Made by a program: the position numbers and the translations under genes. The notes beneath the pieces are model-generated. The model did not search any database and was not told the origin of the DNA. It worked only from the letters and a program-made list of their open reading frames with translations. Of a stretch of 64,000 nt of DNA, positions 36,586 to 52,365 are shown in pieces. The stretch covers positions 1,364,180 through 1,428,179 of the forward strand of contig JAQGDQ010000005.1 in assembly GCA_030141605.1 (NCBI GenBank). The letters run 5' to 3'. Every line of letters starts with the position of its first letter. The stretch's first letter is position 1. The stretch comes from Tubiluchus corallicola. Its lineage: Eukaryota > Animalia > Priapulida.

Positions 36586-39500
36586 TTAAGCTTGAGGTCC
36601 ATAGTGTCCTCCAACCTTGTTGGTGCTCATGCTTACAGCTGAGCTTGATAAATCATCCTCCTGCATGCCAGAACTCTGAAATGGCAAATTTAAAAAAAAA
36701 ATTAATTACTTTTGAAACTTAAACATATTTATATATGATAAATTACAACCGACATAAAACAGAGTAAAAATTCGTGTGTAGGTTCCCCATACACGGTAGT
36801 ACTTACAAAACCTGGGCACATTGTAAACATAAAATACGGCACCAGGAAATGTCTTAAAACGTTAAACCTTCAACGTTAAACTTAATGGACATTGCTTGTA
36901 GCAGACATTATACAATTAGCTGTATGCATTATATATACCAGCCATTATTCCCCGGTGTCGAAAAGTGTGACTTTGGAAAACAATAAAAAGCAATTTGTCT
37001 CCTCACACATGAAGCGGTTTTATTTATCTCAACGAATTTATACAATATACCACAGAACATAGTTCACAAAAGCTGCAGCTGTATTTCACTTAGGAGAAAG
37101 AAAAATAATAATAATAATAAACTGAGTATAATAAATGGCAAGTTTTTGGAAAAACAATCATGAAATGGGAGAGGCACTTCTGACCCCGACTGGAGTCTCC
37201 AAATTCAAATTTAATAATTTTTTATAATGATACTCAAATCCTAATGTGGAAATGTAGTAAACAACATTACCAATACTAACAATTCAAGATACACAAAGTA
37301 TTTCCAACATCTCGCTCGCAGAGGGTTTGTTAATAAGTTACTGTAAAAGAAACTTGAGTACAATATATAATTGTTTAAACTGATCTAAACTTACTTTTCG
37401 AATATACTGAGCATTCACAGTAATTTCCTGATCCATAGACCTCAATTTTTCATCTAACTGCACACATTTACGAAGCTAAACAAAGACAAGTTCTGATCAA
37501 ATAGCATGTAATTAATATTATAAAGATACTATTAAAACCAGTTGCAAATTTAAATTTTAAAACAAACAAAATCTTCTAGCAAAACTGTCAAAGCATGTCT
37601 GAATTCTGCAGTTTGACAGCAGATAAAACAGAAAAATACACTCACCTCTGCATCGAGTTGCTGCAAAGTTTCTGCACTGTTGTATTTTTCTGGGTTGTCA
37701 TGAAAACTTACCATACCATCACGTTGATTTATAGTAGCAAATATCTCACCATCTTCAATCTGCAGTACACAAAAATAAAATCCGATTTCTCTAATTGGTT
37801 TGAAAGAAGCAAATCACATTGACTTACAAGAACATTAGGTTCAACTGAAAACGAAATGATGACTTGCTGATGAATTTTAAATTAATGGTCAATACACTAA
37901 TGAACACGTAAACAAACAGCTAAACCATAGTACGCTAACTGACATATTCTGTGCATCATTGAACTAAATACCTCTCGTGAGCCAAATGTTAACTCTGTAC
38001 TGTATATGAATGACAAACATGCGTGTTGATGTCTGATATATATGGTGTCTGTAACCATAAGTAAAAATGGTTACAATGTCTCATTAACAATGATGGAGGT
38101 GGGCCCACGAGAGTATGTCAGTTGATGCAACCAAACTACATTTAAAAAAAAACTTTGGAAAATAACTAGAAACTACACAACGAAGTTCAAAACTTTTGGG
38201 AGTTACAATGGATGCTGAAACATGGGTGCTGACCACTGAAACCTTTTTAAGCAACAATAATTGAATACAATTATTTGATCTCCTATATAAAACCTTATAG
38301 CTTATCATTTAACTTATGATGGTTGAGCTACCTCAATATAGTTTCTTTATTTTGCTCTACAGTAAATTAATTATTGTAGCCACTTTAAAGAATCCCAATA
38401 CAAACTTAACATATTTTTTTTACAATAGTAATTAATAATTTTTTTAAATTGAGTTCATGTAAACAGTATGTCTGCATTTTGTAATAATTAATATCTAATG
38501 TCAACGTATTTCATAACACGTGTTTGCATATGCTTTGCAGTGACTCAATGTCCACTGACTTCGACTTATATTACATTTTCATTATTGAACTGTATTTTTT
38601 TTAAGTATTCAATAAAACGTATTTATCATCAGCACACATACCATAATGTCCACATATAGTAAATATATGTAAAACATACCATATGCAAAACATATTTTTC
38701 TGCCTCTTTGGAACTGGATAGTTGTACACGATTAGCCATATCATTTAGTGATAACGTAAGGAATGTCTGAAAAAAATAGATATGACAAAGAATCGAATTG
38801 CAGAACATACAAAAACAAATGAACTCTTATCACCAGTCAGGGAACACTTAGGTCAATTTACTACCAATTGGTTTTGAAATAAGAGAAAAATAAGCAAAAA
38901 TAGGTAAGTGACTTGTTGACTCCAAATCTGATTAGTCAAAACTCATGTTCTCATTTCAAAATCCTAGTGTAACAATTGTTGTAAGAAAAGCACAAAAGCT
39001 GCTTTTGAAAATAATTTGGAACAAGAAGAAACAAACCAATCATGCAGGACACAGCTGTACAGGAAAAAATGACATCATCCATACCTTTGTCAGCCTCTGA
39101 ATATTCTTCTTGTAAAGTGATGTAATACACTGCATAACCAAACCCATGTTATTGTCCTAAAAACAATTATAAAATCCACCATTAAGTTTCGGTTAAATGT
39201 GATTTATTAGTGCGACAAGATATACTTAACTTTAACAATAAAGCCGCAATAACTCACAGAAAAACTAATGCTAACCTATCCACTGTACAAAAGAAAAAGT
39301 ACAAATATTTTCGTTCTTAATAATATGCATCCTTTGCCATAAAACAAAGCAAGTAACTAACCCCTGTGAATGTTTCTCCATGTTTAGTAACACAGTTTCG
39401 CACTTCATCCGGGTTACTAGTGACATAGGCAGTAGCCAGGTCATGATATGCTTGACTAAGAGGCTGAAAAAGTCAGAAATTCAAAACAGCTTATTTAAAA

Positions 39501-40540
39501 TGAACACTGCCAATTTTAAACTGTAAAAACCTCATAATTAATTAAACCAAACAGAAACAATTTTCTTGAGGCTAGAATCACTATCAAAATTTGTTACTGT
39601 CGATGTTGCTAGCAAAATAAATCCGTGATTATTAGGTATCTGCATTGTCAAACCTATCATACAAATCTTGTATCTGTGAAATTAAAGCATTGCCGACCAA
39701 CCAACACAGGTGAGCTTCCCACACAGAATTAATGATTATTTGGCACACAGAAACGAAAGAATAAAAAATAATTTATTGGAATGTGACAAGTATGCCTCTC
39801 ATGCACTTTTTATACAAAGAACTGGATGGAAATAAGCAGCAGCACCAAATTCCTGTGTTTATGCAAATCTATGTACAATCACTGCAGGCTGACAGTTTAT
39901 AGCAAAAACAAAATCTCCAACGATGTGACAATATGTCTACTGAAATTTATTCAGAAATTATGCAGAATACGTTTCGACTGTTCCCAATGTGCACTTTCTT
40001 ACCAAAGTTTACAAAAGAACAAAACAAACACATCAGGAAAGGATATCCTTTGCCACACTATTACTATTAGTATTTTGTAACCAAACATACGGCTAATAAT
40101 GTAGCAAAATATCTTATAGTCTGAAGTTTGGTTATAAAATACAAATCATAGTAACAGTTTTGAGAAGGACATTCTTGATTTCTGTGAAGTAATATGTAGA
40201 TATAATCCGTTTACTTTGCTCTTTTGTAGAATTTGGGTTGAAAATGACCATTGAGGATGGTTGAAACATATCCTGCACAACTTCTCTAGGCATAACATTT
40301 TTGCTGATTTTGTTTTTATTAAAACTAAGATTCCCGCACACCAAGAGTTTGTTGACAGTTTATGCTCAAATGCTGGCAAACTGATTTCCAAAAATTTACC
40401 TTAATAAATCTGGTGACAACCAACGCTGAATATTTGGGTAGGGCAATAATTTTTCCATGTTTTATAAGTGATACCAGAATATATTTCTTGTATGCTTCCA
40501 ACATGATATGACTGACAGCCATTGCAGGTGTTGTAACTGC
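36586..40540 (-). CDS. COPS3: COP9 signalosome subunit 3, C-terminal 228 aa. Exons 40400-40540, 39362-39463, 39085-39156, 38680-38766, 37646-37759, 37395-37475, 36586-36675; 5' exons not found in the window
   Basis: All introns are phase-0 [103 protein letters not shown] and MDQEITVN match the CSN3 PCI domain. Confidence 0.95.
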
Positions 40541-43289
40541 CTGAAAAAATAGTAAAAAACTAACTACAACTCATCACTCATCAGCCTTAATTTACCCAGA
40601 TACCTAAAACAAATCCTAGCCAACTGTTCTGAAATTAACAAAGTGAAGTAGACAGCTAAAAGATATTGCAAAGAACAAAGTAAAATTTCCTCTGAGGCAC
40701 AATAAAACACATCAGGAGTTATAACAGTTATATTATACTCTGCCCTTGAAAGATAACGATGACCTAGGGAAATGAAACTGCACATGAGCTGTTCAGTACT
40801 GGAAAAATAATCTTTGAAATAAAATCTTGTTAAATTTCATAAAAAAATATTCATCAGTGATAGCAGAGAGCATGAAAGGCTTTAGGCATCGATTGAAAAC
40901 CCACGAAGTTCTCCTCGATTAATAAGAAATAATAAATCTAGATATCTCGAAACTAAAAGCAAATTTTAGAACAATAAATCTACAGCAAATTAATTTTAAG
41001 TTTAATATAGTTTAATTGTGGCTTATATTATAGTTTCCTTAATTTTCTAGTTTTAAATATATTAGATAAATTAGACTAAGTCACTTAGACTACGATCTTC
41101 ACTTCTTCCTTTCAAATCTTGTTTATATAGTAAAAAAACACATCAACGGTCTTGATTTTGGCAACAAAATGAAAAATAGCAGGAGTGCAAAACTTCAAAT
41201 TACGGCGTTATAAGCACAACAATATACTAAAAAAATATCATTTATTTGAGATTCATTAAAAAAACTGAATAAATACAACGACTCAAATGCAGCAATTTTT
41301 TTCTAAAGCTGCTTCATTAGCATTTACAGATCACATTAAAACATGTCACGTTCATAACGCATCACAAAACAACAATAACTTCAACTTGGTAATTTGGTTA
41401 GCGATTTTGACGGCCTATTGAATATTTCGTCGCAAACCGTTGGCACCATAAAGCAATTTTCACAAACACAGTAAACTGTCGTCAAACTATATTGGTTATA
41501 ATCGCAATCAAGCACGCAACATGGAAGCCCTTACACATATTAGAATGCATTAAGCAGATCAGGCTAGTAAGCTCAGCACAACGCAGCTTAATCAGATCTT
41601 TCTCAAATGTCACTGCAACCTAGTCCTAAACACGTATTAGCTTTTAAAACAAGTGAAACCGCATTACATTACGCGAAGTACAAATTGTACAACAATTTAT
41701 GATGCACATGCATCATGTGAAGTACAAACTTTTATAACAAACGCAGTTTGAAAACATCTGAAATAAATTTGGGTTTATTTGGTAGCAGTAAGTACATACA
41801 AAGTAGCTAATTAGTTGAAAAAGTGTACTAAAATGTGAATTACATCGGGTTTTGAACCTTAGATAGCATAACATACAGTAGCTCAATCTATTTCAGACAG
41901 TCAGACGCACCAATGAGGAGAAATAGTGTATTCGCAACAGTCAATAATTTGGCCAACACGTCGTTTTTTCCATTAATTGCCATAATAAACCGGTTTATTA
42001 ATTCGGTTAATCTTTTTTTAGAGCCGCTTTCCATTGGTTTACGATGTTGAAAACGTCTGTGTATGTTAATTCTCAGCAATTTCCGAGTTTTTTCTCAAAA
42101 CCATAAGCATTATGCAAAATTGAGTTTACACATAGTTAAGATAAAACAAGTTTTCATTTACAGTATTTACTTAGTACTGGCCGTTGCCGTGACGTCAAGA
42201 ACAGTTAAGTGGTCGCCAAACCTCACACCCAAAGGCGATCGCGGACTACTGGAAAGAGCGTCCATCAATTTTTACTATTAATCAATTGCATCTCTTTTAA
42301 ATATGTATTAATATCGTTCACTTTAAAATGACGATGCCATAAAGATAATAAATTATGAAGGAGATAACCAGAAGAAGCAAATTCTAGCTACCTTATATTG
42401 ATATACTGGAGAAAACGCATATTGCTTGAAGGCTGCAAATTTTAATTCAAGAAATCTTGTAACAAGAGTCCAAGTCAGTATTAATGCTTTCAAACCACTG
42501 AAATTGAAATTTAAAATGTTCCAAATATTACTCTAACGTACGAATAACACCAGTATTTTTAACGTTGAATCCTGTTGTTTTGAGACAAACCAGGCAAAAA
42601 TTATAACGAAATAGGTAACAACTGGCCAACTGTGATTCATTAACGCATTCACCATCCTTTTATTTGAAACAAAAACTTCATTCTGTTTTATTAAACTGAG
42701 GAAAATGGCGAGGAACACGATTAAAACATCATAAGAGCCATATAAATTGTAGACGTAAAGCGAATCATTAATGGTGGATGTATGCATTCTGTTTGAGGAT
42801 ATTTATAACAACATGTTACAAAGCGCAAGCTAAAAGTTGATTATTATCAGCACAGTAATGTATTGTTTTATGTGCATAAACACGAGTATAATACGGGTAA
42901 GTCAATACAGCTTAAAAATTTGAAAATGAACAAATGGCAAGAAAACATTGAACGGGAAGAATACGTATGACATGGAGGCAGTAAGTAAATAAATAATTGT
43001 GACTTAAGGCAAAATCCACAATGCATGCGTCGAAATTTGACAGTGCCATTTTAATTGGAGAGTAAGCGAAAAACTGTTAGCTGTTAGGGAAATCTAATGA
43101 AATCTACTTATCATCTCGCACAAGTCAAAGATCAACCGGGAAAAGCCTTTAAAGCTTTTTCAACCGACATATCATCTCATCTCCAGTTCAATTTGAAAGC
43201 AATTATCCTCCCTGGATAGAAGTGAATGAACAGATGAGACGGAATGAAACCCCTGCATTAGCGACAACAAGGCAATCTAATGTAAACAG

Positions 43290-43688
43290 CCCTAGCGAGA
43301 AACCACTTCAAATCAGCAAAATAAAAATACAGTACAGAACCAACGAGAAACCACTTCAAAATGACAAATATAAACGTACAGAACAGCACCAGTGCGAAAC
43401 CACTTCAAATCAGCAAAACAAGAGTACAAAATATGGAGTACCAGCGAGAAACAATTTCAAAATTGCAAAATAAAAGCACATAACAGTATCAGTACGAAAC
43501 CACTCCAAATGAGCAAAATAATAGCACCGCACGATACCAGCGAAAAACCACTTCAAATCGGCAGAATAAAAGTAAAAAAATAGTACCAGTGAGAAACCAC
43601 TTCAAATCAGCAAAAATAAAAGTACAGAAAAGTACCTGCGAGAAATCGTTCAAAATAGCAGAAGAAAGTACAGAGTAGTAAAACGAGA
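43290..43688. repeat. Minisatellite, ~48-50-bp unit, about 8 copies
   Basis: Core gaaaccacttcaaa recurs near 43299, 43347, 43396, 43448, 43496, 43544, 43593 and 43642. Confidence 0.9.
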
Positions 43689-46600
43689 CGCCATAAGAGA
43701 AACAAAAGCCAAGTGCAAACGTTGACATATAGCGAGTTACAATTATCGTCGATAATTTGATGTGGTGAATCTAGCTGGTCTAAGTACATTATTAAAAACC
43801 ACTGCCAAAACTTGTGGATTGAGAAAACAGAACGAAGCGAAGCGAATGTAACAAAATGCAACATGGAAAATAAGTTGAAGATTTCGCTATAGTTACCATC
43901 ATGGCTTGTGTACCGCAGGTAGATTGTTAAAACTAGAGTGCTACACGGAGCTACCTACACAGCCCTCGAGCATGAAATTTTCTCAATACAGTCCCCATAC
44001 TGCCATACTAACTTAGCAATAAAAGCTGAATAACTTCACTCAGACAACACACACATTAATAGGTAAAAATGACAGCAGTCTAAGCCCGCTTCATCATATC
44101 CCTCATGTATCTAGGATTATCGTATAACTGTAATAACAACACAAGCTGTACAATTATAGATTTACCAGCTGACGCTGAATACTAATCAGTCACGTTGAAT
44201 ATTAATATGAACGAATAAACATAATCCTCGCATATAAGGCTAATAAAGCAGAATGTTCAATAAAGAAACAAGTCGGGCGGATAATACGCAATAAGTTGCA
44301 AACCGTGTGGTTGAATGTGTCTTTAACAGGGACGGGTTTGAATGAACAATAACGTTGTTCACTTTCAACTTTCAGGCTGTACAAAGAATGCAATGACTTC
44401 TCAATAATAATTGGAAAAAAATAAAACATTTGTTAGATGGGAAATAGATAACATTAGGTTAGCTTTCCAAATGAGAAGTTTTCCAAATCAGTTGCAAATA
44501 TCCGAAAAGTACTGAACATTTCAAAATATAAAGACTTTGTGTAAAAATTTAAACCCTATACAGAACGCAGTCCAATAGTGCTCCGAGTTGTTGCAATTAA
44601 AGACGTAAGTTTCAACCGAATTCCAAAAGTTCCTGTCTTTCGTGTACGGCATGTGTCCAGTAATGTAAGCAGCATCTCTGAGAGCAGACAACTGTCAGCA
44701 TTTGTTTACCTTTTTACAGAATGTGTGACAGAGCAGATAAAGAATGTTATGCTTTTTTTGACATTTAGGATTATGAATTTTCGGTCGTTTGCACTTGGTC
44801 ACACAGATTCTCTCCAAAATTTCCTAAATTCCTCATCACGATCAGGAATAGCTTATCAAAAGCTGAATGTTCCTGCTGTCATGTACTTTGTTAATTCTGG
44901 AATATTACGCAGTAGATCCAAGCGGCTATAACGGAGTAACGTGGGATCGTCCCTTAACAAAAGGACTTAGGCAGAAAAAGCGACGTTATTTCCCAAATAT
45001 TAGCGCCGTGGACATTGATTGTTTAACGATATCTGAGGTGATGGAAAAGTGGGCGGCACTCCATAAACTCCATAACCTGTTAACATTCTCTACCACTTCA
45101 ACAAATGATACAAAAAATAGCAGAATCTCATTTTTCATCTGTAGTTCTAGTCACATTTTCTGCGATATTGAAGCTAGAGTTATCCCGTCCCACACCGCCC
45201 CAAACAATGGCTATTGAAGGATGTCACAGAAAGCAGCATCGACGTCATTTCGTGATCTTGAACGTATTCGTAATAGAATAAAACATCATTAATGAGCAAC
45301 TCTCCTTGTTTTACCGTATTGGATAAAGTGAGAACAAGCTTTTGGGGTTGTTTTCGTTATTTACACAGAAAACCAATTGCGAGAGAAGTGTGACGGACAC
45401 CCCTGATGAGACTGCAAACAGCAGCTCTTGTTTGATAATCAAGAATGACGTAACGCTTGTCAACAAGTGTTGATGGAAGTGATTAGATGACTTGCGTGAC
45501 AAAAACAGTGCAAACCAATCGAAGCTTCTGGAGACAATTAACTGATGAGGAAATTGCCGTTCATCGATCACTGACAATTTTGACAAGCTAAAAATGACTA
45601 GAGAGAGAACCCAAGAAACGGATATTTATACTGGTCCACCCTAAACACATATAGTACTACAGAATGTAGTTGCCTTTCTATCTGTCAAATAGCTAGGCAG
45701 GCAGACAAACAAGCCATGTAGACTGAAAATAGGACAAACGTGAAAACACCCTCTTTCTGATCATATCGGGCATAGGTAAGAGTACAACCCCTAAACGGCA
45801 CAGGCAGATATAGCCAGTTCGAGGGCTTCAGTTTATTGAGGCATGTAAACACTCGCCAGGCTTGTGATATTCGGGTAAAGAACGGGTTACCTTTATGAAG
45901 ATTTATATTTACATCGTTAACCCTTTCACGTTTACTGTGGATAGCGGGTAAACTTGATATCTCTTATTAATTAAATGACAAATGGTCACTAATTATACCA
46001 ATGTTCTCTATTCTCTCCCAAGACATCAACCATTAACGCAAGAAAAATGAAAGACAATCAATTATTTTAGATGCGTTCCAGCAAAAATCTAGCGGCGTCC
46101 ACAGTCTGTTGCTGCACGATGTTTTAAATCAATGACAAGTTGAGTACTAGTCCAATTGATTTGTGTTGCAGTGAACAGGTCATGGGCAATGAATCAGCTT
46201 GTTGATAAAATAATATTTATTGTGGAACAAGTTATCAGAAAGACTTTATTACTCTGGGCTGGTGTGTAAATACTACACAGAAGCACGAACAACACAGTTC
46301 ATGTTTGGCTACATATCAGAATTGATCAGACGACTGATGTGCATTAGGCTGACAGTGAGTATATATGATACGTATACATTTGACCTGATAAAATTTAGTA
46401 TCATTTTGATACTCATCTTTCAAATACTGTTATACATGAACAGTCAATTTCGCACAGCTCAAGTACCTGTATAGTCAAAACATAAAGTTAAAATGTCAGA
46501 GTAAAACGTACCAGTTGCATTGGTGACGACAACTGCAACGGCTGCAAGGAGTGAAGCCAATGAATCCCTCGGTTTTGGTAATTCTCTTCTCCGAGGATTA

Positions 46601-47273
46601 TTCGCCTAAAACTTTTTTAGCTTAGCCTTAAACCAAATGTCATTAATATCAAATATTCACTCCTCAAAGAGATCATTTATTTTCTGCGACCATAGTTAGT
46701 ATATAAAAATTTTATAGACAGAACGAAGCTAAACGTAACAAAATGAGAATTTTTTAACAAAAATGAGAAGCTGTAGAATTATGATATCATTGTTTGTGTA
46801 GAATATCATGCAACTCTCTGGGTACCTAATCATTCTGATGTTTCGAACAATTTCTGGACAGATGGAATTTGTCCACGAAATTGAAGAAACAGCTCCTTTT
46901 TGTTTGCCATTAGAGAAAATGCCATCTTTATCTAGTTAAAACGTCACAAACGTCAGCTGCAGTGAAAAATCAGTCTCCGTAAAAATTGCACATTGTTTGA
47001 TCGCTTGGTTGTAAAACACGCAATTTGTTGCGCAAATCGCCGCCGCCATCAGGTACATCATCTACTGCCATGATAAAATTCTGCATGAAGCCAGCATAGT
47101 CAGCTCAAAAAACCATTTGTCTTCTAGGTTGGGAAAATTTGACGCCCAGCTCAAGCTAACATTTAAACGAATAAAAATCTGCAAAGAAAAATGTTTCATG
47201 TACGCTTTAAGGCGGAAGAAAAACAGAGAGAGGTGGAATGGAAAGACAAAGAGAGGGGAGAGAGGGAGAAAAA

Positions 47274-47480
<207 letters not shown>

Positions 47481-50400
47481 TTTAAATCCTTAAAGAACTT
47501 TGGTTTCAAATACTAAAATGTTCGGAGTTTATGAAAGAAGAGAAAGTAGAGCTAGTGGCGGGAGGGAAAAACAAAGAGAAAACAATTCTACCAATTAACA
47601 CGGCTTTACTGTTATTCGCTATCCACAAGCCACATATATATAGCATTCAGAAATCGGTGGTTACTTTTTATGTTTAATTGGATAAGATTAGTTCCTGAGC
47701 TCAACAACAGGGCTGGAATGCTTCTTCGCGATTTACAGGAATGAAAACGCGTATAGAACAGAATACCCTGGTTTACAAAAGCACCACTTGGCTGGGAATA
47801 GAAAGTTGTGCTATTTCCAAAATTATCTACAACAATATAACTGTACTGTACCGATACTGTCAAAGACAATGGGGTAGAAACATTAAAGCAGTAGGCAATA
47901 TCACATTACGTGTTTTTTAAACAAAATTAATGCAGAATCAGGAGACTTTTGATTCAAAGTCTGCCGCGAACGAGCTTAAAAAATATAACTGACAGCCAGC
48001 AGGCCCACGCCCACTTAAGTAAATTCAGACACACTTTATTCAGAGAAAGTTTATTTTGGTGCAAAGGTTTCTTTTATTACCCCCTCCAAGCATTGTTGCG
48101 TGAACATGATCTTAACTGTGCCGAACGTTGCCGATGTTGTGTCTGAATAAAAGTCATGTCTTCGTTTACTGCTTAGGTGGGTGGTGGCTATTTAAGAATT
48201 CGTTTTCCTCATCGCCAATGGGAACTTAAAAATTTTGAAAACATTTTCTAGGACCTTCGTCTATGGCGGCTTGTAGGGCGCCGGTAGTGAAATCACGTTA
48301 TAATGAAATGATGGATGAGTAGCGGAATGTCAGCTCAACGTTGTTTGTTTCCGTTGAAAAATAAATCAATTCCGTATTTTTCTTCCTCGCCAATGATAGC
48401 CAGACCTTTCCATTAATTTATCATCCAAAGATGAGCTGTGATCAACGAGTATTCTATTAGTCAATTAACGAGGAGAGGACAGCTGCCTGATCAAATGCGC
48501 GCTGTTATCAGAAGCCTAGCCGCTTAGAGCTGCTTATCTCAAATCTAGCTAATTATACAGAAATAGTTGAGCAGAGAGAAATAAAGTGTTAAAGCTCCAG
48601 TGCATAACTGTAATATTGAAATAATCAGTAATATCGCAAGTACAAAATAGTATTCTCTCTGCCAAGCCTTATTTCCTAATAATTTTTGTTTTACTGTTCT
48701 TTCAACTTTACTGATGGTTAAAATTTGGCAGCGTGGAGGGAGTTCAGAACTGGAACTTCATATACGCACAACATTAGTTCCTGTCCTATGCAGAAATGCA
48801 AACAAAAATATTGACCCTGCACAGAAAGGTCCTCAATTTAATATGGCAAGAAGAAAAGCAATCAATACCTATACACTCGCCAGTAAATGCTCACCTGCTT
48901 CTAAAACTAACAACATTGCTGAGTTTGTTGTACCACCAGGAAAAGAACAGATGGTCGATTAGGCAAATCTTCAAGATAAAACATCCTGATGGAATTATAG
49001 TTGAGTGCGTACGTGAATAAAATACTCAATTAATCTGAAAAGACTTCCCACAGGAGTTGAGTTAATAAACAAGTCTTTCTGCAATCTGCATGTTAAGGCG
49101 ACTGACGGATAGAATACCTTTATGAAGACAAGAAATATTAATGCAAAAAATATCTCATCCCTATTGTGTAAAAAAGCGTGGTTAAAATTCCACACGCGAG
49201 TTGATATAATTTAGCTTTAAAGTAAGCCTGTGAATTTTTCTCACCCTGAAGGACAAAATTAGTTTAGTCAGTTTTCAGAACTTCATCCCAATAGATGTCA
49301 ATTATGAAATGGAATATTATGACGCCCCGCAACACTCTCATAATTATACATTCAGCTGAAACGTCAGGCAAATACATGTTAAATGAGCAAATTGGGATGA
49401 ACAAAAAATAACGAAAAGTCCTGTAACAGCGAACATGTGTAGCGCATGTTAATTTTATCTCAAACAATTGACGAATATCTCAAAACAAAAGTTAAAGCCT
49501 CTTATTCCAATAAATACTGGTCAGTAGAATGCTTTTAACTTAAATGCCTCGTTTCTTTGCTTAACAGTCTAATACTTGAGCAAATAGTTTGAAATCCGAT
49601 ACGTTTGTCTTGGTCGCAAAATGTTTGAGGGAAACATTTGCTGGAAATGTTTTAACGCAAAGCGAATTGAGAGCTTAATCTGTGACGTGATTTTTTTTTC
49701 GTTCGGGATATGTTGCATGTACAAGAACTTCCGTTAACATGGAAGGTTCTAGATCTAGCAAAACCACACTATGGCTCTTACAAATGAAAATGTCAACGTG
49801 TATAACACAAAAACCGAAAATGAAGAAAAAAGGAATTATTTTGTCGGTTTATTTCGTTTTCATTATTTCTGTGCTCTCTGGTTCTAACTTCATTTATTAT
49901 TTAGAAATTATTAATTATTTACAAGATAATATTTATAAAACTGTTGGACGTTTTTTATTTAAAAATTTATAATTCATATATCGTTGCAGTACAGATTTCC
50001 AGCAGTTTCTTTATCACTGAGAAGATCACCTCACTTTGTTTCAACAGTTAACAATTTTAATTGTTAATCATGACTTCAACGGCTGCAAATTTTTAACTAA
50101 TGTCGATGTATATAGTCCTCCAACATGGAGATGATATTGAGGGTTACAGTACTTTCCACGGATGGCTCATCTTAATTTTCTGGCTGTAATTTTGTACTAG
50201 TCCTCTTTTTTCATTCTTTCAATTTTATTTTAGCTTATTTAATTATTCAGTCTCCATTTTTTCTAATGCATAAATATCCGTCTGCAATAACACTTAGACA
50301 TTTCTTCAGTGCGCTCTTTCCTAAGACAATTTTATACTTTAGCGAGAGCACATATCTGCCTATTAGGTGAAAACCAATGGAGAAGTTCTTTCTCGTTTTA

Positions 50401-52365
50401 GTCCTATTGCATGGTCACTATAAACTGCTTTACTGTTCCGACAATAGCTTCAAATATAGAAATTTAATTACCAGGAAACTAGAACAGCAAAGTTTAATCA
50501 ACGATCTCAGCCGCCTTACATTATAAAAACATGAAATCTCATTTAACGCAGCGGAACTACATGCTTAGCGGCAAGTTTTATGAGGCTGAGAAGAGATCAA
50601 TCACACGAGTAATTAACCTGTTGGAGAATTGAGCAAACATAACACCTGTGCACTCAGCTGCTCTCTCTCATCGAAGGTGCACAGGTGAGCTGAAACCATT
50701 CAATCTCAGATGATTCGGCTGTACGGCAATTGTACCTCGAAAATTACCGTTTACAACGCGTTGGCGATGATGATGATGACACCGACGACGTTTCGACAAC
50801 AAAAATGGTAATAAGGATAACAGCGACCAAAACTATGATGATACCTGTGGCAATGGCCGTGGGTGATGACTAAACCGATTTCTATAAAAAGTATTCACTA
50901 GGAAGTAGTGATGCAGGCAGATGAACACTTACTCACCCAAAATCTATAGACTGGCTGTAAGATTTCGCTGATAATCAGCGTTTCACATATGCCTTAATAA
51001 TACAAAAATCGAAATCAAGTCGTTCGTTCGAAAATGTTTATTGGTCCAGTAACACCGCGAGTCACCCTCATTTTGAAAGAGACGATGAACAATGATTGAT
51101 TAAACGAAAGATCTACTCAGCACTTTTTTAAATCGATTTATACAACTGAAGCTGAGCACTCGAGTGAAGAGTACTTGAGATCACCTAGCATGGCGTGAGT
51201 AATGTAATACTAATAGCATTAGCCCTTCTGCGATCACGCCTAAATCAAATTTGTCAATTTTCTCATTTTGCTGCGGTCATTATTAAATTACTGACACCAC
51301 AAGTTAACAACGCGGAACAAAAAGAGTTAATAATTTAAGATTTCTGCCAGAAATAGGAGTAAAGTTCAAACTAATATTATACCGCGCAGCGTCGCGTAAT
51401 CTGATTTGGGATGTACCTAATGTAATCAGTGCGCTGTAAAACGACTTTTGTTTTAATTTACTTATCTTGATTAAATAGAGATCCAATCATTCGCTAGAGG
51501 TTAACATGCAAAGTAGTGCACCACTCACATAGTGCTAACAATGACAAGTACAGAAGAAATCAAATGTGAATAGCAAACAAATTTTTAGCAGAGCAGATAA
51601 ATTACCTAAATTTAAAACACACAAAACAAATAGCACAAAAGAGCGAAAATTTCTAATTTCTTGAGGATGGAAGTCCAAAAATATAATATTTTTTGGGAAA
51701 CATAGGTATAATCATATAAAAATTATAGGCGCATGACAACACAAACATCTTTTGCAAATTTTGATTATTTCAGCGGCAGAAAGTTCGCAAGTGATATTGC
51801 AAATCCTTCTCTTCCACTCACCCACGCGCATGCGCATAATCTATGCACGATTTTAATAAATTTTGAGTTTTATTATTTTTTCATATGAAAAAGAAAACAC
51901 TTTTATATGAAAACAAATATAGCGGGATTAAACCAAATTCAGGTTTAATCAGCCGTGGCAACAACACTATGTCTTCAAAGAATTGTCCACTGGACGAAAA
52001 TAATTCATCTAATTTCTTGATTTTCTTCTTGTAGCATTCAATCGAGCGCGCCTCCTTCGTCGCGTAAACTGATTTTTTTAGCTTCAAAAGGGGAATGTCC
52101 TATAAATTGGCTTACATGTTTGACGTTCACTGATGAAACTTATTCAGTCGAACCGTGTTAGTGTTTTAGAGGACAGTCACTCCACTGAAAACGCAAGAAT
52201 GTAACACTTCAAATCAAACAATAACAGACCACAGACACCACCATCTATAAACCTTATATATCAAGAACAAACACTGATTATATATGCCATACCTAAATCC
52301 GCAAACTTAATTAACATCCAAACCTAAATCGAAAGAACATAAACTAGCATCTTTTTAGTCTAAAA

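Noticed and set aside
40038-40052. ATATCCTTT U12-type donor on both strands
   Set aside because: It is a short palindrome inside a normal GT-AG COPS3 intron, with no matching exon or U12 branch site.
43290-43688. CRISPR-like repeat-spacer array
   Set aside because: Eukaryotic context, no cas genes, degenerate repeats, and the linkers are homologous to each other; it is a minisatellite.
44578-45586. Cluster of 90-117 aa ORFs
   Set aside because: Mostly non-ATG starts, no recognisable domain, and no consistent exon structure.
48481-48503. AGCTGCCTGAT resembling miR-745/miR-22 family
   Set aside because: The 3' half diverges and no convincing precursor hairpin is present.
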